From positions 737,528 to 801,527 of the forward strand of contig CAWCFB010000001.1 of NCBI GenBank assembly GCA_963794825.1: DNA of 64,000 nucleotides. The letters run 5' to 3'. Position 1 is the stretch's first letter. Every line of letters starts with the position of its first letter. The translations under genes and the position numbers were made by a program. Below are positions 9,240 to 20,130 of the stretch, piece after piece. The notes beneath the pieces were generated by a model. The model ran no database searches, had not been told where the DNA came from, and was given only the letters and a program-made list of their open reading frames with translations. This DNA comes from an uncultured Solirubrobacterales bacterium. Its GTDB lineage: Bacteria > Actinomycetota > Thermoleophilia > Solirubrobacterales > Solirubrobacteraceae.

Positions 9240-10582
9240 CCGAACGGCTCTACAACGCCCCGAGCGACCCGGCCGAGCTGGTGATCCGCGACGCCCACGT
9301 GCTCGATCCCGGCGCGGGCATCGATGAGCGGCGCGACATCGTGATCCGCGACGGGAAGATCGCCGAGCTCGCGCCCGCCGGGGGAGCGGCGGTACCGGAC
9401 GGCGCCGAGGTGATTGACGCCGGCGGCAAGCACGCCTTTCCCGCCTTCGTCGACCCTCACGTCCATCTCCGAACCCCCGGACAGGAGTACAAGGAGGACA
9501 TCGCGAGCGGCACGGCCGCGGCGGCCGTCGGCGGCTTCTGCGCGGTGATCGCGATGCCGAACACCGACCCGGTCGTCGACGACGCCTCGGTGTTGCGATC
9601 GCTGACCGAGACAGCGAGGCGCCAAGCGCGGGTCCCGGTCGGGTTCCTGGCCTCGATCACCCGCGGCCTGGCGGGCGACGAGCTGACCGAAATGGCCGAG
9701 CTGCGGGACACCGGCGCGCTCGGCTTCACCGATGACGGCAAGCCGGTCACCTCCGCGGGAATGCTCCGCAAGGCGCTGCAGTATCAGCGGCTGAGCGGCG
9801 GCGTGATCGCCCTACACGAAGAGGACCCGGCGCTCTCCGGGGACGGAGTGATGCACGAGGGGGCGGTATCGGCACTGCTCGGACTCGCCGGGATCCCGCC
9901 GATCTCGGAGTCGACGATGATCGCCCGCGACGCCGCGCTCGCTCGTTACGAGCAGGCCCGCGTCCACTTTCAGCACCTCTCGTGCGCCGAATCGATTGAT
10001 GCTCTGGCCGCGGCGAAGCAGGCCGGCGCGCGCACGACCGGCGAGGTCACCCCGCATCATCTGACACTGACCGACGATCTCGTGCGCACGCTCGACACGC
10101 GCTTCAAGATGAACCCGCCGCTGCGCACCGAGACGGACCGGCGCGCGCTCGTCGAGGCGCTCCGATCGGGCGTGATCGACTGCATCGCGACCGACCACGC
10201 GCCCCACGCCCACCACGAGAAGGAGGTGCCGTTCGAGCAGGCGCCGATGGGCACGACGGGGCTCGAGACGGCATTCGCCGCGATCTACACCGAGCTCGTC
10301 TTATCGCGCGAGCTCGAGCTCGACACCGTGATCCAGCGAATGACTGCCGGCGCGGCGCTGTATGAGCTGCCGACGCCGCTGATCGCGCCCGGAGAGCCGG
10401 CCAACGTGACCCTGGTCGACCTCGACGCAACCTGGGAGGTCGGTGCGCACGGTTACGCAAGCCGCTCGCACAACTGCTGCTTCCACGGCCGCTCCCTGCA
10501 CGGGCGAGTGCTGCTGACGATCGCCGCCGGCGCCGTCGCGCACAAGGCGCCGATGCTCGTCGAGGCGAGCCTGAGCCGATGA
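9236..10582 (+). CDS. pyrC: Dihydroorotase
   Basis: DPHVHLRTPG, MPNT, KMNPPLR, ATDHAPH. Confidence 0.97.
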   Translation: MTERLYNAPSDPAELVIRDAHVLDPGAGIDERRDIVIRDGKIAELAPAGGAAVPDGAEVIDAGGKHAFPAFVDPHVHLRTPGQEYKEDIASGTAAAAVGGFCAVIAMPNTDPVVDDASVLRSLTETARRQARVPVGFLASITRGLAGDELTEMAELRDTGALGFTDDGKPVTSAGMLRKALQYQRLSGGVIALHEEDPALSGDGVMHEGAVSALLGLAGIPPISESTMIARDAALARYEQARVHFQHLSCAESIDALAAAKQAGARTTGEVTPHHLTLTDDLVRTLDTRFKMNPPLRTETDRRALVEALRSGVIDCIATDHAPHAHHEKEVPFEQAPMGTTGLETAFAAIYTELVLSRELELDTVIQRMTAGAALYELPTPLIAPGEPANVTLVDLDATWEVGAHGYASRSHNCCFHGRSLHGRVLLTIAAGAVAHKAPMLVEASLSR

Positions 10583-11724
10583 GCGACGCGACGGCCTACG
10601 TCCTGCTCGAGGACGGAACGCGGTTCGACGGGCTCGCCTGCGGCGCGGACTCCCACGCGGTGGGAGAGATCGTGTTCACAACCTCGATGTCCGGCTACCA
10701 AGAGGCGATGACCGATCCGAGCTACGCCGGCCAGCTGATCGCCTTCACATATCCGCAGATCGGCAACTACGGCGTCTCCGCTGAGGCGATGGAATCAGAC
10801 CGGATCCACGCTCGCGCCGCGATCATGCGCGCCGGCGTCGACCGCGATGACGCTCCCAGCGCTCGACAGGGCTGGCTCAGCTGGCTGCGCGAGGGCGGGA
10901 TCCCGGCCATCACGGACCTCGATACCCGCGCGCTCGTGCGCCACATCCGTGACGAGGGCGCGATGCGCGGCGGCGTCTTCCCGGCGTCGGTTGCGGAGGC
11001 TCGCGCGCGGGAGTTGATCGCGGCTGAGCCGTCGATGAGCGGGCGCGACCTCGCGCGAGAGGTGACGCCGGCCGAGCTGCGTAGCGCCGGCGCCGGAGAC
11101 GGCCCTCGGATCGCGATGATCGACACCGGCGTCAAGCTCTCGATCGTCAACAACCTCCGTCAGCGCGGCGCGACGGTGGAGCTGCACCCGTGCACAACCC
11201 CCTCGAGCGAGCTGCTGGCCAACGACCCGGACGCGATCTTCCTGGCCAACGGGCCCGGCGACCCGGCCGCGCTCGACTACGTCGTCGAGACGGTCCGCGA
11301 GCTCGTCGGCAAGCTGCCCGTGTACGGAATCTGCCTCGGCCACCAGTTGCTGTGTCGCGCGGTCGGTCTGCAGACCTACAAGCTTCCGTTCGGTCACCAC
11401 GGCGCCAACCACCCAGTCAAGGACCTGACCACCGGGCGGACGGAGATCACCAGCCAGAACCACGGATTCGCCGTGCTCGGTCCGAACGGCGCCAAGACGA
11501 TCGACGACGATGACGCAGTCCGCTGGGAGACCGACTTCGGCGCCGCCGAGCTGACCCACGTCAACCTGTACGACCGCACCGTCGAGGGACTCGTCCTGCT
11601 CGACGTCCCTGGCGCGACCGTCCAATACCACCCCGAGGCGGGACCGGGTCCGCACGACTCGCTGTACCTGTTCGACAGGTTCATCCAGGCGATCGAGGCG
11701 CCTGCCAATGCCCCGACGGGATGA
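10579..11724 (+). CDS. carA: Carbamoyl-phosphate synthase small subunit
   Basis: [30 protein letters not shown]. Confidence 0.97.
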   Translation: MSDATAYVLLEDGTRFDGLACGADSHAVGEIVFTTSMSGYQEAMTDPSYAGQLIAFTYPQIGNYGVSAEAMESDRIHARAAIMRAGVDRDDAPSARQGWLSWLREGGIPAITDLDTRALVRHIRDEGAMRGGVFPASVAEARARELIAAEPSMSGRDLAREVTPAELRSAGAGDGPRIAMIDTGVKLSIVNNLRQRGATVELHPCTTPSSELLANDPDAIFLANGPGDPAALDYVVETVRELVGKLPVYGICLGHQLLCRAVGLQTYKLPFGHHGANHPVKDLTTGRTEITSQNHGFAVLGPNGAKTIDDDDAVRWETDFGAAELTHVNLYDRTVEGLVLLDVPGATVQYHPEAGPGPHDSLYLFDRFIQAIEAPANAPTG

Positions 11725-14700
11725 CCTCCACAAGATCCTGCTGATCGGCTCCGGGCCGATCGTGATCGGGCAGGCCGCCGAGTTCGACTACTCGGGGACC
11801 CAGGCCTGCCGCGTGCTGATGGACGAGGGCTACGAGGTCGTGCTCGTCAACTCGAACCCCGCGACGATCATGACCGACCCCGAGGTGGCGACGACGACGT
11901 ACATCGAGCCGCTGTTGCCGCGCACCGTCGCGCAGGTGATCGAGCGCGAGCAGCCCGATGCCTTGCTGCCGACGCTCGGCGGCCAGACGGCGCTCAACCT
12001 CGCCAAGGCCCTGAGCGAGGACGGGACGCTCGACCGGCACGGGGTGGAGCTGATCGGCGCCAACTACGACGCGATCGATCGAGCCGAGGACCGCGAGCGG
12101 TTCCGCGACACGATGACCGCGGCCGGCCTCCGAGTTCCGAAATCCGCGATCGCGCACACGCTCGAGGACGCCCGCACCGCAGTGACGGAGCTCGGCCTTC
12201 CGTTCATCGTGCGGCCCGCGTTCACCCTCGGGGGCACCGGCGGTGGCGTCGTGCACACCGAGGCGGACATCGACCGGGTCGTCGGGGCCGGGCTGGCGGC
12301 CTCGCCGATCGGTCAGGTGCTGCTCGAGGAGTCGGTGCTCGGGTGGGGCGAGTTCGAGCTCGAGGTGATGCGCGACCACTCCGACAACGTGGTGATCGTG
12401 TGCTCGATCGAGAACCTCGACCCGATGGGGGTGCACACCGGCGACAGTGTCTGCGTCGCCCCCCAGCAGACGCTCACGGACAAGCAGTACCAGGCGCTGA
12501 GAGACCAGGCGATCGCCGTGATCCGTGCCGTCGGGGTCGAGACGGGCGGCTCGAACGTTCAGTTCGCCGTCAACTCGGCGACCGACGAGATCGTGGTGAT
12601 CGAGATGAACCCGCGGGTCTCCAGGTCATCGGCGCTGGCCAGCAAGGCGACCGGGTTCCCGATCGCGAAGATCGCCGCCCGCCTCGCCGTCGGCTACACG
12701 CTCCAGGAGATCCCCAACGACATCACCAAGGCCACGCCGGCGAGCTTCGAGCCGGCGATCGACTACTGCGTCGTCAAGTGGCCGCGGTTCGCCTTCGAGA
12801 AGTTCCCCGGCGCGGATGACGTTCTCACGACCCATATGAAGTCCGTCGGCGAGGCGATGTCGATCGGCCGTACCTTCAAGCAGGCCTTCGCCAAGGCGCT
12901 CCGCTCGCGCGAGCTCGACTCCCAGGCCAAGCACCCCGACGACAACCATCAGCTGCTGGATCTGGCGGCCACTCCAGGCCCGGGGCGGTTCGATCACGTA
13001 CTGGAGGCGCTCCGGCGCGGCGTCTCGGTCGAGGAGCTCAACGCCCGCACGAGCATCGATCGATGGTTCCTGAGCGAATTCTCCGAGCTGGTTTCCGACC
13101 CGGACGCCCCGTTCAGCGGTGAGCGGACGTTCAAGTCGGTCGACACGTGCGCCGCCGAGTTCGCCGCGCAGACGCCGTACTACTACTCGGGCTGGGAGCG
13201 CGCCCCCGGCCACAGCGAGGTCGCCCGCGGCGACAAACCGAGCGTGGTCATCCTCGGCTCGGGCCCGAACCGGATCGGCCAGGGGATCGAGTTCGACTAC
13301 TGCTGCGTTCACGCCGCCCAGACGGTGCGCGCGTCCGGGCGCGATGCGGTGATGGTCAACTGCAATCCGGAAACCGTCTCGACCGACTACGACACCTCGG
13401 ACCGGCTGTACTTCGAGCCGCTGACGCTCGAGGACGTGCTCGGGGTGTGCGGGGTGGAGAACGCCGAAGGAGTGATCGTTCAGTTCGGCGGGCAGACGCC
13501 GCTGAAGCTCGCGGCTGGGCTCGACCAAGCGGGGGTCAGGATCCTCGGCACCGACATTGACGCGATCGACCTAGCCGAGGACCGGTCGCGCTTTGGCCCG
13601 CTGCTCGACGAGCTGGGCTACAAGGCGCCCCCATACGCCGCGGCAGGCTCGGCGCAGGAGGCGATCGACCGATCGCCGGAGGTCGGCTTCCCGCTGCTCG
13701 TGCGCCCCAGCTACGTGCTCGGCGGCCGCGCGATGGAAATCGTGTACGACGTCGACGGACTGCGCGACTATCTCGAACGCACCGGCGTCCACAACGGGAC
13801 CCAGACCCAGAAGATCTACCTCGACCGGTTCCTCGAGGACTCAATCGAGGTCGACGTCGACGCGCTGTGCGACGGCGAGGACGTGTGGATCGCGGGCATC
13901 ATGCAGCACGTCGAGGAGGCTGGGATCCACTCCGGCGACTCCGCCTGCGTGCTGCCGCCACACGCGCTCGGGGCGGAGATGCTCGACCAGATCCGCGAGC
14001 AGACGATCGGGATCGCGAAGGCACTGGGGGTGGTCGGACTGCTCAACGTCCAGTTCGCCATCCACGGGGACGAGGGACTGCACGTGATCGAGGCCAATCC
14101 GCGCGCTTCGCGCACGGTGCCCTTCGTGTCCAAGGCAATCGGCTTGCCGGTGGCAAAGCTTGCCTGCCGGTTACTGCTCGGCGAGCGGCTCAAGGACTTG
14201 GATCTGCCCGGCGACACCAGCAACGGTCATGTGTGCGTGAAGGAGGTCGTGCTGCCGTTCGACCGGTTCGCCGGCGCGGACTCGCTGCTCGGGCCCGAGA
14301 TGCGCTCGACCGGCGAGGTGATGGGGATAGCGCACGACTTCCCGACCGCCTTCGCCAAGGCGCAGGCCGCTGCGGGCTCGAAGCTCCCGGAGACGGGCAC
14401 CGTGTTCATCACCGTCGCCGACGGCGACAAGCCGGCGGCCGTACGGCATCGCCACGACGCTCCACGATCTCGGCTTCGAGATCGTCGCGACCCGGGGGAC
14501 CGCCGGGGCGTTCCGCCGGATGGGGATCCCGGCCACCGCGATCAACAAGATCGGCGAGGGGTCGCCGCATGTCGTCGACTGGATCGAGCAGGGCAAGGTG
14601 GACCTCGTGATCAACACCCCGATCGGTACTGGAGCGCGGACCGACGGATGGGAGATCCGGGCCGCGGCCGTGCAGCGGCGGATCCCCTGCATCACGACGA

Positions 14701-14792
14701 TGGCGGGCGGGATGGCCGCTGCCCGTGCGATCGCCGCCGCGCGGCGCGCGGAGCCCGGGGTGGTCAGCCTGCAGGAGATCCACGCTCACTGA
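11708..14792 (+). CDS. carB: Carbamoyl-phosphate synthase large subunit; frameshift near 14443
   Basis: [17 protein letters not shown] and two ATP-grasp domains; the MGS domain continues in the +1 frame (VATRGTAG...VINTP) to TGA 14792. Confidence 0.95.
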
Positions 14793-15580
14793 TGGATCGC
14801 GTTCTGGCCCCGCTCGGGCGGCGCCCGACGACGGTCCTGGCGCGGGAGACCTACGGCGCGTACGTCGTGCTGCGGACTGCGGACCTCGACGGCCCGCACC
14901 CCGATCCGGGTCAGTTCTACATGCTGAGCGCCGGCGAGAGGTGGGGAGGGGGAGACGGCGAACGGCCGTTCCTGCCGCGTGCCTTCAGCGTGCTCAGGGC
15001 TCCGGCGGCTAGCCATGAGCTCCAGTTCCTGATCGAGGACGTTGGCCCCGGCACCCGCCGCCTCAGCCAGCTGGATGCCGGCGACGAGTTGCTGCTGGTC
15101 GGGCCGCTCGGGGTCGGCTTCAGAGCCCCGCGCGCCGGCCGCCGGCCGCTGCTGGTGGGCGGCGGCGTCGGGATCGCCCCGCTCGCGATCTGGCAGGACG
15201 AGCTGGCCGCGCAGACCACACCCCTACTCGGATTCAGAGATGAGCGCCACGCGCACGGGGCGAGGTTGCTGGCCAATGCTCAAATCGCGACCGACGACGG
15301 AAGCGTTGGCCGCCACGGCCTCGTCACCGAGCTGCTGAGGAACGAGCTCGACGACGACCCCTCCGCCGAGATCTACGCATGCGGTCCGCCGGCGATGCTC
15401 GAAGCGGTCAGGGCGATCGCCGCGGCGACGGCCACGCCGGCCCAGCTCGCGCTCGAGTCGGGCATGGCCTGCGGATTCGGGGCGTGCTTCGGCTGCGTCG
15501 TCCCCACCAGATCCGGCTACGTCAGGTTGTGCGTCGACGGTCCCGTGCTCGAGGCCGACGAACTGGAGTGCGTCAGGTGA
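14792..15580 (+). CDS. pyrK: Dihydroorotate dehydrogenase electron-transfer subunit
   Basis: [30 protein letters not shown]...CVDGPV; ATG overlaps carB stop (TGATG). Confidence 0.92.
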   Translation: MDRVLAPLGRRPTTVLARETYGAYVVLRTADLDGPHPDPGQFYMLSAGERWGGGDGERPFLPRAFSVLRAPAASHELQFLIEDVGPGTRRLSQLDAGDELLLVGPLGVGFRAPRAGRRPLLVGGGVGIAPLAIWQDELAAQTTPLLGFRDERHAHGARLLANAQIATDDGSVGRHGLVTELLRNELDDDPSAEIYACGPPAMLEAVRAIAAATATPAQLALESGMACGFGACFGCVVPTRSGYVRLCVDGPVLEADELECVR

Positions 15581-16486
15581 CCGTCGACTTTTGTGGAATC
15601 GAGCTCGAGCACCCGATCATCAACGGCTCGGGGACGTTCGACGCGATCGCCGCGCACCGGGCCTTCGGAGACGAGCTGCTGCACCGCTTTCCCTTCGCGG
15701 CGTTCGTATCGAAGACGGTGACGCGTGCAGCCGCGCCAAGGCAATCCACCGCCCCGATTGTGGGAGGTGGCCGGGGGCTTGATCAATTCGATCGGACTGC
15801 CGAACAAGGGGCTCGACGGCTTCCTCTCCCGCGATCTCCCCGAGCTCGCCCAGCTACCCGTGCCGCTGATCGTCAACGTGATGGGGACGAGCACCGAGGA
15901 GTTCGCGAAGCTGATCACCGCGCTGGCTGGGCGCGACGAGGTCGCGGCGCTGGAGCTGAACGTGTCGTGTCCGAACGTCAAGACCGGGCTCGACATCGGC
16001 GCCGATCCTGAGGCGACGGCAGAGCTGGTTGACGCCGTCCGGCCGCTGACCGCGAAACCGCTGATCGTCAAGCTGACCCCGAACGCGACCGACGTCCCCG
16101 CGGTGGCCAGCGCCGCCGAGCAAGCCGGCGCCAGCGCCGTGTCGCTGATCAACACACTGAAGGGCATGGCACGCGATCCGAGCACCGGAGGGCCGTGGCT
16201 GGGGGGAACGACCGGCGGCGTCTCCGGCGCCGCGATCCGCCCGATCGCCGTCGCTCAGGTCAGCGCCGTGGCGGCCGCCGTCACCATCCCGATCGTCGGA
16301 ATGGGCGGCGTTCAGCGCGGTCGGGACGCGCTCGATCTGATCCGCGCCGGCGCGACCCTTGTCGGCGTCGGAACCGAGAGCTTCCGGGACCCTCTGGCGG
16401 GCATCCGCGTGGCTCAGGAGCTCGATGCAGCGCGCCACATTTCGGAAACTGCTGGATTTCCAGCGATAGTTGCTAACGGCACGTAA
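15577..16486 (+). CDS. pyrD: Dihydroorotate dehydrogenase type 1B catalytic subunit; frameshift near 15724
   Basis: PIINGSGT...SKTVT, then [32 protein letters not shown] in the next frame. Confidence 0.95.
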
Positions 16487-16575
16487 AAGACCCTGCAAAG
16501 ACACCCTATTCCCGTAACTATCCTCGACATCGCTAAACCTCAGGTTGAGGTGTAGTCGGATTTGCCGATTTGGTC

Positions 16576-16603
16576 TTGATCGCCCCGCCCCAAGATGTAT
16601 AGT
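16576..16603 (+). promoter_or_regulatory. Sigma70-type promoter of mIHF (near-leaderless)
   Basis: TTGATC-N16-TATAGT, 8 nt before the ATG, no SD. Confidence 0.6.
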
Positions 16604-16611
16604 CGCCGCCC

Positions 16612-16956
16612 ATGCCGCCGGTCAGCGAACCTCTGTCTAAGCCTATCGCTGCCCCGGAACGCTCGCTACATCAGCGCATGGAGGCTCTGGCTCGGGCGAA
16701 CGACGTTCGCAGCCGCCGCGCCCAGCTCAAGCGCGATCTGAAGGCCGGCCGCCAGCCGATCCACGAGCTGTTGCTCGACCCCCCGGAGTACCTGGAGACG
16801 GCGAAGGTCTTCGACCTGCTGCTCGCGGTCCCGAAGTACGGCCGCGTGAAGGTCAACAAGATTCTCGGGCAGTGCAAGGTCTCTCCGAGCAAGACGGTCG
16901 GCGGCCTCTCTCAGCGCCAGCGAGGCGAGCTCGTGACGCTGATGCGCCGCCGCTGA
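16612..16956 (+). CDS. mihF: Actinobacterial integration host factor (mIHF)
   Basis: RAQLKRDLKAG, KVFDLLLAVPKYGRVK, GGLSQRQR; conserved position before gmk. Confidence 0.88.
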   Translation: MPPVSEPLSKPIAAPERSLHQRMEALARANDVRSRRAQLKRDLKAGRQPIHELLLDPPEYLETAKVFDLLLAVPKYGRVKVNKILGQCKVSPSKTVGGLSQRQRGELVTLMRRR

Positions 16957-17006
16957 CGCTTCGGCTCGGAGTCGCACCGGCCGCCCCTGAAGTTACCTTC
17001 TCCGTC

Positions 17007-17561
17007 ATGGCGAAGGTGTTCGTGATCACAGGACCCTCAGGGGTCGGCAAGGGAACACTGATCCGCGGGCTGCGCGAGCGGCTCCCGGAAATCGAGCTGT
17101 CGGTCTCGGCCACGACGCGCCCGCCCCGGCCGGGGGAGCAGGACGGGGTCGATTACCACTTCCTGACCCCCGATCAGTTCGAGCGCCGCGTCGAGAGCGG
17201 CGATTTCGTCGAGCACGCCGAGTACTCGGGCAATCGGTACGGAACGCTCCGCCAAGAGCTAGACCGGCGGCTCGCCGAGGGCCTTCCGGTCGTGCTCGAG
17301 ATCGAGGTCCAGGGCGCGCGTCAGATCCGCGAGTCGATGCCCGAGGCGGTCCAGGTGTTCATCGCGCCACCTTCCACGGAGGCGCTACGGGCGCGCCTCG
17401 TCGGCCGCGGCACCGACGCCCCCGAGCAGGTCGCCGATCGGCTCCGCACCGCCGAGCGAGAGCTCGAGGCCCAGCCCGAGTTTGGCCACGTGGTCGTCAA
17501 CGACCGGCTCGAGCAGGCGACCGGTGAGCTGGTGGCAATCGTGCAGCAGGCGCTCTCCTGA
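17007..17561 (+). CDS. gmk: Guanylate kinase
   Basis: GPSGVGKGT, SATTRPPRPGEQDGVDYHF, YGT. Confidence 0.97.
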   Translation: MAKVFVITGPSGVGKGTLIRGLRERLPEIELSVSATTRPPRPGEQDGVDYHFLTPDQFERRVESGDFVEHAEYSGNRYGTLRQELDRRLAEGLPVVLEIEVQGARQIRESMPEAVQVFIAPPSTEALRARLVGRGTDAPEQVADRLRTAERELEAQPEFGHVVVNDRLEQATGELVAIVQQALS

Positions 17562-17607
17562 CCGGCGGACGCTACCCTGTGGGCACCGTCAACTCAGAGG
17601 ACTAGCT

Positions 17608-17835
17608 TTGATCTCACCCCGCATTGACAAGCTGCTCGACCACGTCGACTCCGACTACGCGAGCGTGATCGTCGCCGCCAAGCGCGCGCGCCAGATCAAC
17701 TCCTACTACCACAACCTCGGCGAAGGCACGTTCGACGAGTTCCCGCCGCCGATGGTCGACACCCGGTCGAAGAACTACCTGACGATCGCTCTGGAAGAGG
17801 TCGCTCAGGGCAAACTCAAGTACCACTACCGGTAG
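17608..17835 (+). CDS. rpoZ: RNA polymerase omega subunit
   Basis: IDKLL...YASVIVAAKRARQIN...IALEEV; TTG start after GAGGA. Confidence 0.93.
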   Translation: MISPRIDKLLDHVDSDYASVIVAAKRARQINSYYHNLGEGTFDEFPPPMVDTRSKNYLTIALEEVAQGKLKYHYR

Positions 17836-17853
17836 GAAGCCGGCCCCACGACA

Positions 17854-19116
17854 ATGGCGCGCTTGCTGCTCGGGGTTAGCGGCGGGATCGCGGCCTACAA
17901 GGCGGTCGAGACCGCCCGCCTCGCGATCAAGGCGGGCCATGCCGTGCGGGTCATCCAGACGCCGGCGAGCGCCAACTTCGTGGGCGCGGCGACGTTCGAA
18001 GGGATCACGGGCGCGCCAGTCCTGACCAGTGAATTCGAGCCGGACCCCGCGCGCGGCGCGTACCCGGGGGAGCCGGTACCGGAGCGCGCGCCGATCAGCC
18101 ATCTCGCGCTGGTCGAGCGGGCGGAGGTCTTCCTGATCGCTCCAGCGAGCGCGAATTCGATCGCCAAGCTCGCGCACGGCCAGGCCGACAACCTGCTGAC
18201 CACGGCGGCCCTCGCCGCCGCGTGCCCGGTGGCCGTCGCGCCGGCGATGAACAACCGCATGTATCTGCACCCCGCGACGATGGAGAACCTGGCCACGCTG
18301 GAGCGCCGCGGCGTGACGATCATCCCGCCCGGCGAGGGCGAGCTCGCGTCGCACGGCGAGCGTGGAGTCGGCCGGCTGGCCGAGCCCCCAGACCTGTTGG
18401 CCGCCTGCGAGGCGCTGCTATTCGGCCGTCGCACTTGGGACGGCGTCCGCGTGCTTATCACGGCCGGCGGGACGCGCGAGCCGATCGACAGCGTCCGTTA
18501 CATCGGCAACCGCTCCTCGGGGCGGATGGGGTATGCGCTCGCGGCGGCGGCCGCGGGCCGCGGGGCCGAGGTGACGGTGGTCGCAGCCAACGTCGCGCTC
18601 GAGCCGCCGGGCGGCGTGCGGGTGCTCACGGTGGGGACGGCCGCCGACCTGAAGGCGGTATGCGACGAGTGGTTCGATCAATGCGACGTTCTGCTGATGT
18701 CCGCCGCCGTGGCTGACTTCCGTCCGGCGGCTCCGGTGGACCACAAGATCAAGAAGACGAACCCACCCGCCCCGCCGGTGATCGAGCTCGAGCCAACTGC
18801 CGACGTGCTCACGGCGCTCGCGGCGCGACGCCGGCCGAACCAGATCCTCGTCGGCTTCGCGGCCGAGCACGGCGACGGGGCGGTCGAGTACGGGCAGGGC
18901 AAGCTGACTCGCAAGCAGCTCGATGCCGTCGTCGTGAACGACATCTCCGAGCCGGGCATCGGCTTCGACGCCGTCGAGAACGAGGTCACGATCCTCACCC
19001 GCGAGGGGAGGATCCGGCACGTGGAGCGAACCGGGAAGGATGCCGTCGCCCAGGCGATCCTGGACGAGGTCGAACGCCTGCGCCACGCTCCTCAGGAGTT
19101 GCATGGAGCCGCCTGA
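17854..19116 (+). CDS. coaBC: Phosphopantothenoylcysteine decarboxylase/ligase
   Basis: GGIAAYK, APAMN, GGTREPIDSVRYIGNRSSGRMG, VGFAAE. Confidence 0.97.
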   Translation: MARLLLGVSGGIAAYKAVETARLAIKAGHAVRVIQTPASANFVGAATFEGITGAPVLTSEFEPDPARGAYPGEPVPERAPISHLALVERAEVFLIAPASANSIAKLAHGQADNLLTTAALAAACPVAVAPAMNNRMYLHPATMENLATLERRGVTIIPPGEGELASHGERGVGRLAEPPDLLAACEALLFGRRTWDGVRVLITAGGTREPIDSVRYIGNRSSGRMGYALAAAAAGRGAEVTVVAANVALEPPGGVRVLTVGTAADLKAVCDEWFDQCDVLLMSAAVADFRPAAPVDHKIKKTNPPAPPVIELEPTADVLTALAARRRPNQILVGFAAEHGDGAVEYGQGKLTRKQLDAVVVNDISEPGIGFDAVENEVTILTREGRIRHVERTGKDAVAQAILDEVERLRHAPQELHGAA

Positions 19117-20086
19117 GCACGCCTCTGTGCCGCCTCAGCAGGCCGCCGTGCCGCCGGCCCCGCCCGGCTCGCCGACCGTCGCCCAGCGGCTCGCCGACAA
19201 CATCACGGCCGCGGTGCAGATCAGTCCCGAGACGCTCGAGCACGTCCTGGTCGCGCTGCTGGCCGAGGGCCACGTACTGGTCGAGGACTATCCGGGCGTC
19301 GGCAAGACCGCGCTGGCGCGCGCCTTGGCTCGCTCGATCGACTGCCAGTTCGCGCGGATCCAATGCACGTCGGATCTGCTCCCGGCGGACGTCGTGGGAA
19401 CCAGCGTCTACGACCAGCGCGAGCAACGGTTCGAGTTCCGCCCAGGCCCGGTGTTCGCCAACGTGGTGCTGGTCGACGAGATCAACCGCGCCACCCCGAA
19501 GACGCAGTCCGGGCTGCTCGAATGCATGCAGGAGCGCAGCGTCACGGTCGACGTCAACACGCACGAGCTGGCGCGGCCCTTCCTCGTGCTCGCGACACAG
19601 AACCCGATCGAGTACGAGGGCACCTACCCGCTGCCCGAGGCCCAGGTCGACCGCTTCATGATCCGCGTCTCCCTGGGTTACCCCTCACCCGAGGCCGAGG
19701 CGGGGATGCTCGCCGACCACGAGGCCGGTGACCGAGTGCTCGAGCTGACCCCGGTGGTGACCGCCGCGGAGATCCTTGACGAACAGCTGGCCGCCACACG
19801 CGTAACCGCCACGCAGCCCCTGCGCGATTACGTGGTCAGGCTGCTGTGGCGAACGCGTGAAGATCCCCGCGTTGATTTGGGCGCGAGTCCTCGGGCGGGA
19901 CTGATGCTGCTCCGCGCCGCGAAGGCGAGGGCGATGATGCACGGCCGCGACCACGCTCTGCCCGACGATGTCCAGGCGCTTGCGGTCCCGGTGCTCGCGC
20001 ACCGGATCGTGCTGGCCCCGGAGGCTTCGCGCACGCGCCCGCGCGACGTCGTCACCGACGCGGTATCGGCCGTTCCGGCCCTCTGA
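19103..20086 (+). CDS. MoxR-family AAA+ ATPase
   Basis: EDYPGVGKT, DEINRATPKTQSGLLE, ATQNPIEYEGTYPLPEAQ. Confidence 0.95.
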   Translation: MEPPEHASVPPQQAAVPPAPPGSPTVAQRLADNITAAVQISPETLEHVLVALLAEGHVLVEDYPGVGKTALARALARSIDCQFARIQCTSDLLPADVVGTSVYDQREQRFEFRPGPVFANVVLVDEINRATPKTQSGLLECMQERSVTVDVNTHELARPFLVLATQNPIEYEGTYPLPEAQVDRFMIRVSLGYPSPEAEAGMLADHEAGDRVLELTPVVTAAEILDEQLAATRVTATQPLRDYVVRLLWRTREDPRVDLGASPRAGLMLLRAAKARAMMHGRDHALPDDVQALAVPVLAHRIVLAPEASRTRPRDVVTDAVSAVPAL

Positions 20087-20130
20087 GACCCGCGCCGCCG
20101 CCGCTCCGAGCTGAGACAATCCACGCCTCG

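Noticed and set aside
11708-15580. 1290-aa CarB-PyrK fusion ORF
   Set aside because: One extra base near 14443 shifts CarB into the pyrK frame; the real MGS domain is in the other frame and ends at TGATG, which also supplies the pyrK start.
14430-15740. Programmed frameshifting in carB or pyrD
   Set aside because: No slippery sequences or stimulatory structures, and similar indels are scattered over unrelated genes.
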